Positions 8,240 to 17,837 of a stretch of 32,000 nucleotides of DNA are shown here, in pieces. The DNA is from Acaryochloris thomasi RCC1774. GTDB lineage: Bacteria; Cyanobacteriota; Cyanobacteriia; Thermosynechococcales; Thermosynechococcaceae. Below the pieces are notes generated by a model that saw nothing but the letters and a program-made list of their open reading frames with translations, searched no databases and was not told the origin of the DNA. Positions within the stretch are counted from its first letter, which is position 1; each line of letters opens with the position of its first letter. The stretch spans positions 30,001 to 62,000 of the forward strand of contig NZ_PQWO01000005.1 in NCBI RefSeq assembly GCF_003231495.1, given 5' to 3'. Position numbers and translations under genes: made by a program.

Positions 8240-9211
8240 ATGAACCTGCCCCCACGCAAAACCCTGGGCTTCTTCCCCACACCGTTGATGCCACTGCCCC
8301 GACTCTCACAGGCGCTCGGAGGACCGCAAATTTGGATCAAGCGCGACGACCAAAGCGGGCTAGCGCTGGGGGGCAACAAAACCCGAAAACTAGAATTTCT
8401 CATGGCTGAGGCGTTGGCCCAGGGTTGTGACACCGTGATTACGGCAGGAGCCGCTCAATCCAATCACTGTCGCCAAACAGCGGCAGCGGCGGCAGCTCTA
8501 GGGCTAGGCTGTCACTTAGTTCTAGGCGGCGAAGCCCCGGCACAGCCCACCGGAAATTTACTCCTCGATCAGCTCTTCGGCGCGACGCTGCACTGGAGCG
8601 GTGCATCGCGAAAAGGAGAACAAATTCCTGCATTAATGGAGGTGCTGCAGCAGCAGGGCCATACACCCTATCCGGTCCCCTACGGAGGGTCAAATGCAAC
8701 CGGGGCTGTGGGCTTTGTCGCGGCGGCGATGGAATTACGCGAACAGTTGCGATCGCTGGAGCGAGGGTTTGACGCGATCGTATTTGCCTCTAGCTCTGGC
8801 GGCACGCAGGCGGGATTAATGGTGGGACAAGCCGTCACCGATTTGCAGACACAGCTAATCGGCATCGGCATTGATAAGGCAGATGCCGCCACATCGGTCG
8901 CTCAAATTTCTCAATTAGCAAAGGAGACCGCCCAAAGCATCAGCCTGACTCACTACCAGCCTCAACCCATCACCGTTAATCTGGATTATCTCGGTGATGG
9001 CTATGGCGTTGTCAGTGACCGGGAGCGAGCAGCGATCTCGCTAGTCGCTCAGTTAGAGGGCATCTTGCTCGATCCGGTCTACACGGGGCGAGCCATGGGC
9101 GGTCTTTTGGATCTCATTGACCGTCAAATTCTGAAGTCAGGACAGACGGTACTGTTTTGGCATACAGGGGGCACACCGGCCCTCTTTAGCAGCGCTGGGA
9201 GCCTGCTTTAG
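8240..9211 (+). CDS. PLP-dependent D-cysteine desulfhydrase / ACC deaminase family protein
   Basis: The 323-aa ORF has the GGNKTRKLEFL PLP-lysine motif and AGAAQSNH, as in DcyD and ACC deaminase. Confidence 0.75.
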   Translation: MNLPPRKTLGFFPTPLMPLPRLSQALGGPQIWIKRDDQSGLALGGNKTRKLEFLMAEALAQGCDTVITAGAAQSNHCRQTAAAAAALGLGCHLVLGGEAPAQPTGNLLLDQLFGATLHWSGASRKGEQIPALMEVLQQQGHTPYPVPYGGSNATGAVGFVAAAMELREQLRSLERGFDAIVFASSSGGTQAGLMVGQAVTDLQTQLIGIGIDKADAATSVAQISQLAKETAQSISLTHYQPQPITVNLDYLGDGYGVVSDRERAAISLVAQLEGILLDPVYTGRAMGGLLDLIDRQILKSGQTVLFWHTGGTPALFSSAGSLL

Positions 9212-9216
9212 ATTTT

Positions 9217-9333
9217 CTACAGATTATTTTGACGCTCTTCTTGCTTTACTAGATAAGTAATAATGCCGAAAGCAACTAGGAACTCAACAGCGAGTGTTGT
9301 CCAAAAGATAGCGGAAGTAGGCTCAGTAAACAT
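9217..9333 (-). CDS. Possible 38-aa single-pass membrane peptide
   Basis: This ATG-initiated ORF, MFTEPTSAIFWTTLAVEFLVAFGIITYLVKQEERQNNL, is below the track's size cutoff. It has one hydrophobic helix followed by a charged tail. It lies in an otherwise empty 290-bp spacer. Confidence 0.3.
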   Translation of the reverse strand: MFTEPTSAIFWTTLAVEFLVAFGIITYLVKQEERQNNL

Positions 9334-9503
9334 AGTTTTAACTCGGTACTTGCGAACGGTCTCATTCTATTTAATTCTGCCCAGAAAAGAATGAGAAAGC
9401 GTACGTGGATGCACCCAATTTTTCTAAGAAAAATCGGTTTGGCTTGAAGATTCACGAAGCAATTGTGAGGTTGTGTGGTGAAGCCTTGCGTTTTGTAAGG
9501 GAA

Positions 9504-10025
9504 CTAGAGTCCACCGACCAGCATTAGGGGCCATAGGATCAGGCCCAGAAGAGCCAGACCAGAGACTCCTAGCGTGAGAGACAAGCCCACCGCAGCCTGC
9601 ACCCAACTAAGCTGATGAACTTGACGCACCGAGCCAGCCAAGGTAATCAATGTGCCGATTAGAATGCCGAGGGTAAAGAGGCTACCGAGGGTGGGGGAGA
9701 GATGCTTGGATGCGATCGCACTTCCTGACAACAGCAGCGGCCACAGCCCTCGAACAACCGCCTGAAAAGTCTGTCCGCTGGTTCCCTGACCGCCCAAAAG
9801 CTGAGCGCAGAAATGTAGCGACGTTGCTAACCAATAGCAGCCCAGCCCCCCCGCCAACACAAACAGCAGCAGAATGAGCATCAACCCAGAGGTTCCAGCA
9901 TGGAAGACACCCGCAGTATTGAGCGCCAGAACCAGGACCGTCAGGCCGCCAATCATCAGGCTGATAGCAGCCGTTCCCTGACTGTCTCTGGGTCTAAAGA
10001 GGGTTGTATAGAACGTATTCAACAT
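9504..10025 (-). CDS. Multi-pass membrane protein (possibly Yip1-like)
   Basis: The 173-aa ORF has about 5 hydrophobic segments. It starts 4 nt downstream of the sppA stop, so the two are probably co-transcribed. Confidence 0.55.
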   Translation of the reverse strand: MLNTFYTTLFRPRDSQGTAAISLMIGGLTVLVLALNTAGVFHAGTSGLMLILLLFVLAGGLGCYWLATSLHFCAQLLGGQGTSGQTFQAVVRGLWPLLLSGSAIASKHLSPTLGSLFTLGILIGTLITLAGSVRQVHQLSWVQAAVGLSLTLGVSGLALLGLILWPLMLVGGL

Positions 10026-10029
10026 CGGA

Positions 10030-10977
10030 TCATTCCATCAGAGCCAACGGCACTTTCTGAGAGCTAGAAAAGCGAGCCTGCTGGTAACCGGGCAACAACT
10101 GCTCTAGCGAAATAGAGAGAGAGTTTCCAAGCACCCGCTGCAGCACTCCACCGCCTTTCATATAGTCCCGCACCCGAGGTTCCCCATCGATTTTGGCCAG
10201 TTCTGCCACCTTGTCGAGGGCGTCGGCATAGTTTCCTAGCGAATCTGCGAGCCCCGCTTTCTGGGCCTGGGTGCCGGTGAAGATACGGCCATCAGCCAGG
10301 GGCTTCAGCTTCTCTAGCGAAATATCGCGTCCCGCTATAATGGAGTCAAGAAACTGCTGATAGGATTCCGTAACAATCCCCTGCAGCAGCTCTGTCTCTG
10401 CGGGCTTGGGATTGCGGTAGGGCGACAGGATATCTTTATACTCGCCGCTTTGGATGGTGCTGTTTTCAACTCCAACCTTATCGAGCAAAGGCGACAGGTT
10501 TTGGGTGCGAATAATAACGCCGATGGACCCAGTAACGGTGGTGGGATTGGTGACAATATGGTGGGCCGCACTGGCAACAAAGTAGCCGCCGGAAGCGGCC
10601 ACATCACCGAGACTCGCGACAATCTGCATGTCGGTTTCTTCGCGCGCACGCATCAGCTCATCGAAAATAGCCTGGGAGGCTGCCGCCGTGCCGCCAGGAC
10701 TATTAATCCGCAGCAAGATGGCCTTAACGTCATCTTCGCGGGCTTTGCGAATGCCAGCAATGACGCTGTTTGAGCTGACGCCAGTACTGCCACCCAACAA
10801 TCCAGGAGCAGCGCTGTCGCTGATGCCGCCGTAGATATCAAACAGGGCGACTTCTGCGGGCAAAGCACTGGTTAGATCACTGGGCGACTCGCGGATGCTG
10901 CCCCCCAGCCAGTTACCGAAGGCGGAGATAAAGCACAGTGTAATTAAGGCAATGGCAAAGATGCGATCGCGACGCAT
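10030..10977 (-). CDS. sppA: Signal peptide peptidase SppA (36K type)
   Basis: The 315-aa ORF has an N-terminal anchor and the S49 peptidase motifs INSPGGTAAAS and GDVAASGGYFVA. Confidence 0.85.
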   Translation of the reverse strand: MRRDRIFAIALITLCFISAFGNWLGGSIRESPSDLTSALPAEVALFDIYGGISDSAAPGLLGGSTGVSSNSVIAGIRKAREDDVKAILLRINSPGGTAAASQAIFDELMRAREETDMQIVASLGDVAASGGYFVASAAHHIVTNPTTVTGSIGVIIRTQNLSPLLDKVGVENSTIQSGEYKDILSPYRNPKPAETELLQGIVTESYQQFLDSIIAGRDISLEKLKPLADGRIFTGTQAQKAGLADSLGNYADALDKVAELAKIDGEPRVRDYMKGGGVLQRVLGNSLSISLEQLLPGYQQARFSSSQKVPLALME

Positions 10978-11026
10978 AGCAACAGGTTATCTATGTATAG
11001 ATGTATAAATTGAACAGTACTGGAAA

Positions 11027-11072
11027 AGGGGAATCAGCGATCGCAATATATACAACAATCGCCGATTCCCCT
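11027..11072 (-). terminator. Hairpin downstream of gyrA, possible terminator
   Basis: AGGGGAATCAGCGAT (11027-11041) pairs with ATCGCCGATTCCCCT (11058-11072) with one mismatch. The hairpin begins 12 nt after the gyrA stop. Only a short T-run follows on the minus strand. Confidence 0.45.
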
Positions 11073-11083
11073 ATTTCAATCAT

Positions 11084-13702
11084 CTAAGCTTCAGCTTCGC
11101 TACCTTCAGCTTCGCCACCCTCAGCTTCTTCAACCTCTTCGTCCTCTTCATCCGGCGGCACCAAAGCCACCGCAGCAATGAAGTCATCGGCATCTAGACG
11201 CTGAACCCTGACCCCCGTTGCCGAACGGGACTGGGAAGAGATATCAATGACCGCTTGGCGAATAATCACGCCTCGACTGGTCACCAGCATCAGCTCATCT
11301 TCAGCATTAACCACCCGCAGCGTTGCGAGCTGGTCGTCCGCCTGTTTCTTCGTTTTCTTGGCCTTGAACTTGGTGGCAATCAGCCCTTTACCCGCTCGAT
11401 TCTGGAGCCGGAACTGATCAACCGGAACTCGCTTTCCGTAACCATTGGTGGTGATGACCAAAATCCAGGGACCGGGAATATCATCCGGCAAATCTTCCGC
11501 AACCGCATCATCAACATCGGCATCATCACCGGCCTCAGCCAGTCCCGCAATCACGGCACTGGGCAAGATATCAATGCCGATCAGTTCGTCGCCGTCACGC
11601 AGATTCATTGATCGCACGCCACGAGTCGCTCTCCCCAAAGGCCGGAGCTGTTGATGATCGGCCCGAAAATGGATCGCCATCCCTAGGCGAGACCCAATCA
11701 CAATGCTGTCTTCAACGCGAGCGCGGCGCACCCAGCGAAGCTGATCACCGTCCTCAAGCGAAATAGCAATCAGACCATTAGAGCGAATATTACCGAAGGC
11801 AGAGAGGGCTGTTTTTTTGATGTACCCGCCGGAGGTCATCATCACCAGGTACTCATCTTCGCTAAATTCGCTAACGGGGACGACCGACGTAATCCGTTCA
11901 TCGCGGGGAATGGGAAGCAACTGTACAATCGGCACCCCTCGTGCCGTTCGAGACACCACCGGAATCTGGTAAGCATGGACGCAGTAAACAACACCGCGGT
12001 CGCTGAACAGCAAAATACTGTCGTGGTCACAGCAGGCGAAGAAATGCTCAACAGCATCGTTCTCTTTGATGCGTGCACCCGCCCGCCCCCGAGTCGCCCG
12101 ACTCTGAGCCTCAAACGCATTCGCAGCCATCCGCTTAATGTAGCCCTGCTCGGTCACCAGAATAACCGACTGCTCATTCGCAATCAGATCCATATCATCG
12201 AGCTGGCCACCGGCTCCAAACACAAGCTGGGTCCGGCGTGGCGTCGCAAACTTAGTCTTGAGGTCGGTGACCTCGGTTTCAATAATTTCTAGCCGTCGTT
12301 CTCGCCGATTGAGGATATCTTCGCAGTCTTTAATTTTGGCCTGCAAATCATCGTGCTCTTTGTGGATTTTCTCCGCTTCTAGGGCAGTCAAACGCCGGAG
12401 CTGCATCTGCAGAATGGCGTCCGCCTGCGGTTCTGAAAGACCAAAATCTTCCATGAGACCCTGACGTGCGATCGCAGAGTCTGCCGCCTGCCGAATCAAC
12501 TGAATCACAGCATCAAGATTGTCCAGGGCAATCAACAAACCCTGAAGCAGATGGTCGCGCTCTTGGGCTTTACGCAGGGCAAAGCGAGTGCGGCGAATCA
12601 CCGTCTCTTCCCGAAACTCCAGGAAAACGGTCAAAAACTTCTTCAGACTCAGCAGTTGCGGATCGTTCTCCACCAGAGCCAGCATGTTGGCCCCAAAATT
12701 GGTCTGAATCGGCGTCTGCTTATACAGGTTATTGAGCACCACCTGCGGATAGGCATCCCGCCGCAGCTCGATCACCACGCGCATCCCGTCGCGATCGCTC
12801 TCATCTCGAATATCCGAAATGCCCTCTAGCCGCTTCTCGTTGACCATCTCAGCAATGCGCTCAATCAGCGCCGCCTTGTTGGTCTGATAGGGCAGCTCCG
12901 TAATGATGATCGCCTCACGATCTGGCCGCCCTGTCTGCTCTAGCGTTTCAATGCTGGCCACACCACGCATCGTAATCGAGCCACGTCCCGTAGTGTAGGC
13001 TTCGCGGATACTAGTGGTGCCCAGAATCAGCCCCCCCGTGGGAAAGTCCGGCCCCGGAATATACCGCATCAGGTCGGCATCGGTCAGCTCCGGATCATGA
13101 ATGAGCGCCACCAAACCATCCACTACCTCCCCGAGGTTATGGGGCGGAATATTGGTCGCCATCCCCACCGCAATTCCAGACGAGCCATTGATTAAGAGCT
13201 GCGGCAGACGCGAGGGTAAAACAACCGGCTCCTGCTGTGAACCGTCAAAGTTATCGGCAAAGTCAACGGTATCCTGATCAATATCTTGAATCAGGGAATC
13301 GCTGCTCAATGCCTGCAAACGACATTCGGTATATCGCATGGCCGCAGGCGGATCATTATCAATCGAGCCAAAGTTTCCATGGCCGTTGATGAGGGGCATC
13401 CGCATCGAGAAATCTTGAGCCATCCGCACGAGGGCGTCGTACACCGCCGTATCGCCGTGGGGATGATATTTACCTAGAACTTCCCCCACCACACGGGCGC
13501 ACTTACGAAACGGGCGTTCAGGAGTCAGTCCTAGCTCGTGCATGGCGAAGAGAATGCGACGATGCACCGGCTTGAGACCGTCTCGCGCATCGGGGAGCGC
13601 TCGCCCCACAATCACGCTCATGGCATATTCAAGATAGGAGCGCGACATTTCATCTCGTAAATTGATGGAGATGATGCGATCCTGGGGTGACTCTATGGCC
13701 AT
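11084..13702 (-). CDS. gyrA: DNA gyrase subunit A
   Basis: Canonical GyrA sequence is present ([31 protein letters not shown], active-site region AAMRYTE). There are C-terminal beta-pinwheel repeats and an acidic tail. I chose the start at ATG 13702 ([10 protein letters not shown]...) rather than the track start at 13747. Confidence 0.95.
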   Translation of the reverse strand: MAIESPQDRIISINLRDEMSRSYLEYAMSVIVGRALPDARDGLKPVHRRILFAMHELGLTPERPFRKCARVVGEVLGKYHPHGDTAVYDALVRMAQDFSMRMPLINGHGNFGSIDNDPPAAMRYTECRLQALSSDSLIQDIDQDTVDFADNFDGSQQEPVVLPSRLPQLLINGSSGIAVGMATNIPPHNLGEVVDGLVALIHDPELTDADLMRYIPGPDFPTGGLILGTTSIREAYTTGRGSITMRGVASIETLEQTGRPDREAIIITELPYQTNKAALIERIAEMVNEKRLEGISDIRDESDRDGMRVVIELRRDAYPQVVLNNLYKQTPIQTNFGANMLALVENDPQLLSLKKFLTVFLEFREETVIRRTRFALRKAQERDHLLQGLLIALDNLDAVIQLIRQAADSAIARQGLMEDFGLSEPQADAILQMQLRRLTALEAEKIHKEHDDLQAKIKDCEDILNRRERRLEIIETEVTDLKTKFATPRRTQLVFGAGGQLDDMDLIANEQSVILVTEQGYIKRMAANAFEAQSRATRGRAGARIKENDAVEHFFACCDHDSILLFSDRGVVYCVHAYQIPVVSRTARGVPIVQLLPIPRDERITSVVPVSEFSEDEYLVMMTSGGYIKKTALSAFGNIRSNGLIAISLEDGDQLRWVRRARVEDSIVIGSRLGMAIHFRADHQQLRPLGRATRGVRSMNLRDGDELIGIDILPSAVIAGLAEAGDDADVDDAVAEDLPDDIPGPWILVITTNGYGKRVPVDQFRLQNRAGKGLIATKFKAKKTKKQADDQLATLRVVNAEDELMLVTSRGVIIRQAVIDISSQSRSATGVRVQRLDADDFIAAVALVPPDEEDEEVEEAEGGEAEGSEAEA

Positions 13703-13764
13703 AGGGAAAACTCCAAAAAAATGAGATTTCTGCCGCTCAGGCAACAAAAATCATCGAAAAATAA

Positions 13765-13789
13765 TTAAATAGCGTCTAGGGCTATTTAA
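13765..13789. promoter_or_regulatory. Perfect 9-7-9 inverted repeat upstream of gyrA
   Basis: The sequence TTAAATAGC-gtctagg-GCTATTTAA lies about 65 nt upstream of the gyrA start, in an AT-rich leader or promoter region. Confidence 0.3.
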
Positions 13790-14064
13790 TGCGTAGATTG
13801 TGTTGTCTATTTTAACATATTTTGCACTTCACTAACCGCCCTTGAAACCCTCTCTATGAGGCTATTTGACCGAGTTAGATCATTGCGATCCGTTTAGTCT
13901 CGGTTTCCTCTCACGCAACCCTTTCACCGAGATGTCTAAATACCGACAGGTTGCTCCCACAACGAATCGGGAAGACTAGATACAAAGCAATCCCAACATC
14001 CACAGGTTAAGGGTCAGGCTTGACCTCAAAGCGACGCAAGGAATATAGGCGAACGAGACACATA

Positions 14065-14565
14065 ATGATCAAGAAAAGGTGGGGCTGGCCCTTCCGTTCA
14101 CAACGCAAGCCCAAGCCAATAGAAACCTTAATTTGGCAATCATTCTCTGAGCCACAACACTTTCTGATTTTGCTGCCTAAGAATCGAGTATGGGGAGTCG
14201 ATACGTTTCATTTTCTGCGAGTGAGTCTAGATCCAAGTCAAATCGGCATTGAAATGCGATTCCGGCATTCTCAAAAGCTACCCTGGCTTGATTCCTGTTA
14301 CGGCCCCACCTGCTCCACTCTGAATCCCTTAGCTGAGGCTGTCGTTAAACCACTCGAACAATATCTGCAAGCTCGATCAGCAGGTCACATCGAAGCAATC
14401 GATCAGTTTCACTCACTAATGTTTCGACTGCATGAGAACATCCTCAATGAAATAGCACTCCTGGCACCCCCTGAATCAGGGTACACAGCACAGCCACAGC
14501 AAGGCAGTGTTGACTACTCTGATATGGAAAATATGCTGGATGCCTTTGATAGAAGCCGTACCTAG
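14065..14565 (+). CDS. Hypothetical protein (basic N-terminus, acidic C-terminus)
   Basis: This is a long ORF with no motif I recognise. The track starts it at TTG 14020, while the first ATG is at 14065. It lies upstream of the sigma-factor gene on the same strand. Confidence 0.45.
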   Translation: MIKKRWGWPFRSQRKPKPIETLIWQSFSEPQHFLILLPKNRVWGVDTFHFLRVSLDPSQIGIEMRFRHSQKLPWLDSCYGPTCSTLNPLAEAVVKPLEQYLQARSAGHIEAIDQFHSLMFRLHENILNEIALLAPPESGYTAQPQQGSVDYSDMENMLDAFDRSRT

Positions 14566-14793
14566 CCTCAATAGTTTTAAGCCACAGAACCCAACAGAAA
14601 GGCGTGATTCACTGGTTTAGACCCTACAGAGCATTGATAGATCGCACCAAGGCACTGGCAGTGAACCTGCGTGTAAATGCGGATGCTTTGCGATCGCACC
14701 TGTCGAAAGTTCAGTAATTTAACGATGTTGTGGCTTGAGCCGTCCCCCCATAATGATTTCTCGTAGGGCGTTATCAATAGTCGGCAAAACAAC

Positions 14794-15594
14794 ATGGCTT
14801 ATCAAACAACTCTTCAATCTCAATCCATGGAGCTTCTGGTCTCCTATCAGCAAGCACCGTCCGTCCGTCTCAGAAATCGCCTCGTTCGACTCAACATGGG
14901 CCTAGTGCGCAAGGTTGCTCACCGTCTAGCTAATCAATGTGCTGAGCCTTACGAAGATTTAGAGCAGTGCGGTTACATGGGTTTGATTACCGCCATTGAG
15001 CGCTTTGACCCCACCCAAGGCTATGCCTTTAGTTCCTTTGCCGTCCCCTACATTCGCGGTGAAATTCTTCACTTCTTGAGAGACCGCGCCAATACCGTTC
15101 GTGTCCCCCGTCGCTGGCAGCAGCTCAGCCGTGAAGGTGCTAAGGTCCGTCAAGCTCTCACCATGGAGCTGGGGCGTCAGCCCAGTGACCAAGAGATTGC
15201 CGATGCATTAGACCTCTCGATGAATGAGTGGCGCTCTGTGAAGCTTGCCGCTTCTAACCGCACCCCTTTGAGCCTGAATGCTCGGGTTTCTTCTAGTAAT
15301 CATCAGCAGTCTGAGTCAGCCATGACGCTCGGTGATACGTTAACCGATACGCACTACCAGATTTTGCAGGTCAATGAAGAGGACCGCATTGAGCTACAGC
15401 ATGCCCTCAACCAGCTTGAAGATAAGACACGGGAGATGATTGAGTCAGTCTTCTTTCATCATCTCTCTCGCCAGGAAGTGGCCAAGCGGATTGGCGTTAG
15501 CCCAGTCACAGTCACTCGCCGCATTAAGAAAGGAATTGATGAGCTAGTGGAGCTGCTTCAGAATCAGTCCCAGGTGCAGGCGACAGCTTCCTAA
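14794..15594 (+). CDS. RNA polymerase sigma factor, group 3 (SigF/SigB-like sigma-70 family)
   Basis: The 266-aa ORF has region 2 (GLITAIERFDPTQGYAFSSFAVPYIRGEILHFLRD), region 3 and the region 4 helix-turn-helix (LSRQEVAKRIGVSPVTVTRRIKKG). It has no region 1.1. Confidence 0.85.
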   Translation: MAYQTTLQSQSMELLVSYQQAPSVRLRNRLVRLNMGLVRKVAHRLANQCAEPYEDLEQCGYMGLITAIERFDPTQGYAFSSFAVPYIRGEILHFLRDRANTVRVPRRWQQLSREGAKVRQALTMELGRQPSDQEIADALDLSMNEWRSVKLAASNRTPLSLNARVSSSNHQQSESAMTLGDTLTDTHYQILQVNEEDRIELQHALNQLEDKTREMIESVFFHHLSRQEVAKRIGVSPVTVTRRIKKGIDELVELLQNQSQVQATAS

Positions 15595-15660
15595 GTTCAA
15601 GTTTTCAGTCACCTAGGCAGCGCGTTTGGACTGAGCGCCTCGCCTTACAAAATGCCCTTA

Positions 15661-15700
15661 AAAACCTCCTGAGCTCGTATAAGCTTCGGGGGTTTTCTTG
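15661..15700 (+). terminator. Rho-independent terminator after the sigma-factor gene
   Basis: AAAACCTCCTGAGC pairs with GCTTCGGGGGTTTT around the 8-nt loop tcgtataa, with one mismatch and two G-U pairs. The stem runs into TTTTCTTG. Confidence 0.55.
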
Positions 15701-15749
15701 CGAAGATAACGCCTCGGGGAATGACTAGCACGTATCTTCAGAGGGTTAC

Positions 15750-16334
15750 TTAGTCTTTCTGAATAAGCAAATGAACAGCTCGGCGGACATAGTCGATCCA
15801 AGACTCAGACTTGGGTAAAAAGAGGAGAGCATGCAGCATAATGCCGCTCATCATATCGAAGACCAACCACGGGTCTAGATCCTGCCGTACTTCCTTTCTT
15901 TGCTTAGCTCGCTCTAGGACTTCAGCAAAAGCGCTTCGTCGGGGCTGCAAATATTTATCCCGGTAGATTTCAGCGAATTTGGGGTTACTGGAGGCGCTGC
16001 TGATAATAAGGGCAACGGTTTGTCGTCCCACAGGACTAAGCGTAATCTGAGCTGCATTCTCGATCAGAATGTCAATGTCGCGCTCTAGACTTCCGGTATC
16101 GGGGATGGTGATGTCTTCTCGAATTCGCTCAATGGCATCAGCCACCAGCTCTTCTTTGTTGCTGTAGCGCCGATAAATGGTGGTCTTACCCACTCTGGCT
16201 CGAGATGCGATCGCATCCATACTCATCCCATCAAATCCAACTTCCCCCAGTAGTTCCAGTGTTGCCTGCAGAATAGCCTGCTCAGACTGAACACTACGCG
16301 GTCGCCCCGGTGTCTTTTTGCGATTCTCATTCAT
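15750..16334 (-). CDS. TetR/AcrR family transcriptional regulator
   Basis: The 194-aa ORF has an N-terminal TetR helix-turn-helix (FDGMSMDAIASRARVGKTTIYRRYSNKEEL). Confidence 0.85.
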   Translation of the reverse strand: MNENRKKTPGRPRSVQSEQAILQATLELLGEVGFDGMSMDAIASRARVGKTTIYRRYSNKEELVADAIERIREDITIPDTGSLERDIDILIENAAQITLSPVGRQTVALIISSASSNPKFAEIYRDKYLQPRRSAFAEVLERAKQRKEVRQDLDPWLVFDMMSGIMLHALLFLPKSESWIDYVRRAVHLLIQKD

Positions 16335-16352
16335 GAATGCTATTTTAATTTA

Positions 16353-16370
16353 CGATACCGTTTCGTATCG
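16353..16370. promoter_or_regulatory. Candidate TetR operator (CGATAC-N6-GTATCG)
   Basis: This 6-6-6 inverted repeat sits in the 47-bp divergent spacer between the TetR gene and ORF 16382. Confidence 0.4.
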
Positions 16371-16381
16371 CAAATAGAGTT

Positions 16382-16870
16382 ATGCATCAGCGACCTGATT
16401 ATGCTGCCCCCAAGAGCACCCAGACACTACGCGAAGGATTAGCAGAGTACTATGCACTTAACCCTCAGGTCACGGATCCACAGGCTCAGCCAGCGGAATT
16501 TGGCGCAATTCTAGCGGCTCACGATGCAGGCCACGTTATCTATGGCTGCGATACCGGTATGTACGATGAGTTGAAAATTCTGCCGCTATTTTGGTGGACC
16601 AGCGAATGTACATTTTCTACTTATCTGAAAATGCGAGACTCACCTGCAGTGGATGTCATGTACGAGGATATGATTCGGGAGAAAAGTATCTGGTGGCTGT
16701 ATGGCGCGGTTCTCAGAGTTCTGCCCCGTCTAATTCCACAGTTGATTGTGATTTGGTTCAAAACCCGTCAGCGTCAAAAGCGTGTTCCCTTTCTGGAATT
16801 TTCCCCCCTTCTAGAGCAGTCCTTGCTAGAGATTCGGCAAAAGTACGACTTGCTGCCGCTGATACAGTGA
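16382..16870 (+). CDS. Hypothetical protein with a Coq4-like HDxxH-x11-E motif
   Basis: The 162-aa ORF contains HDAGHVIYGCDTGMYDE, which matches the spacing of the putative zinc motif of the Coq4 family. It is divergent from the TetR gene. Confidence 0.4.
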   Translation: MHQRPDYAAPKSTQTLREGLAEYYALNPQVTDPQAQPAEFGAILAAHDAGHVIYGCDTGMYDELKILPLFWWTSECTFSTYLKMRDSPAVDVMYEDMIREKSIWWLYGAVLRVLPRLIPQLIVIWFKTRQRQKRVPFLEFSPLLEQSLLEIRQKYDLLPLIQ

Positions 16871-16916
16871 ATACGAGGATTTCTGATAAGCCTCCAGTTC
16901 TCTCACGCTAGAAATT

Positions 16917-17591
16917 TTGCTAGACATCCAAGAACAACAAATTTTGTCCGCTTGGCATCAGAACGCTCAGCCTTGGATTGATGCGATCGCAAATAACGAG
17001 ATCGAGAGTCGGATCGCCGTCACTAATCAAGCAATTATTGATGCTGTTCTGGCAGAGCCTACACAAACAGCAGTGGATATTGGATGTGGTGAAGGGTGGT
17101 TGGTGCGAGCGCTGACTTCACACGGGCTAGATATGCTGGGCGCGGATGGGGTGCCGAAACTGATTGAACAAGCCCAACTATCGGGAGACGGGCAGTTTAG
17201 ACAGGTCACCTATGAAGAAATCGCAAATGGTCAGCTTAACGATTCCTTTGACACCGCAGTCTGTAACTTTTCGCTCCTCGGCCACAACTCAGCGTTGGGA
17301 CTATTTACGGCATTCCCGAACTTACTGAACAGCAACGGACGACTTATTGTTCAGACCCTACACCCGCTGATTGCCTGTGGCACAGAAGCTTACAAAGATG
17401 GATGGCGACCCGGATCGTGGGCAGGCTTTAAAGGAGATTTTGTCACAGTGCCCTGGTACTTTCGCACCCTTGAGACTTGGGTTGCTTTATTTACCCAGCA
17501 TGGGTTCAGGCTTATCCATTTATATGAGCCAATTGATCCCAGCACTGGACATCCTGTTTCTGTGATCCTAGTGGGACAGCTCACCCAATAG
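16917..17591 (+). CDS. Class I SAM-dependent methyltransferase
   Basis: The 224-aa ORF has motif I VDIGCGEGWL and the post-I acidic residue. A TTG start is implied because no ATG precedes motif I. Confidence 0.75.
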   Translation: MLDIQEQQILSAWHQNAQPWIDAIANNEIESRIAVTNQAIIDAVLAEPTQTAVDIGCGEGWLVRALTSHGLDMLGADGVPKLIEQAQLSGDGQFRQVTYEEIANGQLNDSFDTAVCNFSLLGHNSALGLFTAFPNLLNSNGRLIVQTLHPLIACGTEAYKDGWRPGSWAGFKGDFVTVPWYFRTLETWVALFTQHGFRLIHLYEPIDPSTGHPVSVILVGQLTQ

Positions 17592-17763
17592 GACTGTTTT
17601 TACCCTTGTATGAGGTGTAACCCTCTAAGACAGGCTGTTTAGAGATCATCGCAGGATCTTAGGCTTTCCTCAGCTATCCCTAAGACTTGGTCATGTTTTC
17701 CGTGTTTTTCTAATAGAAGCAATCATTTCAACCCGCTACAGATATGTTTGCTCACACACCACG

Positions 17764-17793
17764 GACCCCCTGTAACCCCCAGGGGGTCTTTTG
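17764..17793 (+). terminator. Strong rho-independent terminator
   Basis: GACCCCCTG pairs with CAGGGGGTC in a perfect 9-bp stem with a 7-nt loop, followed by TTTTGT. It lies 172 nt after the methyltransferase stop. Confidence 0.7.
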
Positions 17794-17837
17794 TACCGCA
17801 AGCTCAGAAAGTTCAACAACAGAACCATGGCTAGACA

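Noticed and set aside
14577-14795. A 72-aa minus-strand ORF between the hypothetical gene and the sigma-factor gene. Many nested or antisense ORFs inside ndhD3, ndhF3, gyrA, sppA, cupA and the MoxR-transglutaminase genes fall in the same category.
   Set aside because: All are embedded in or antisense to strongly supported genes, or lie in promoter spacers. Their compositions are Arg/Ser/Pro-rich, typical of off-frame translation of GC-rich coding DNA.
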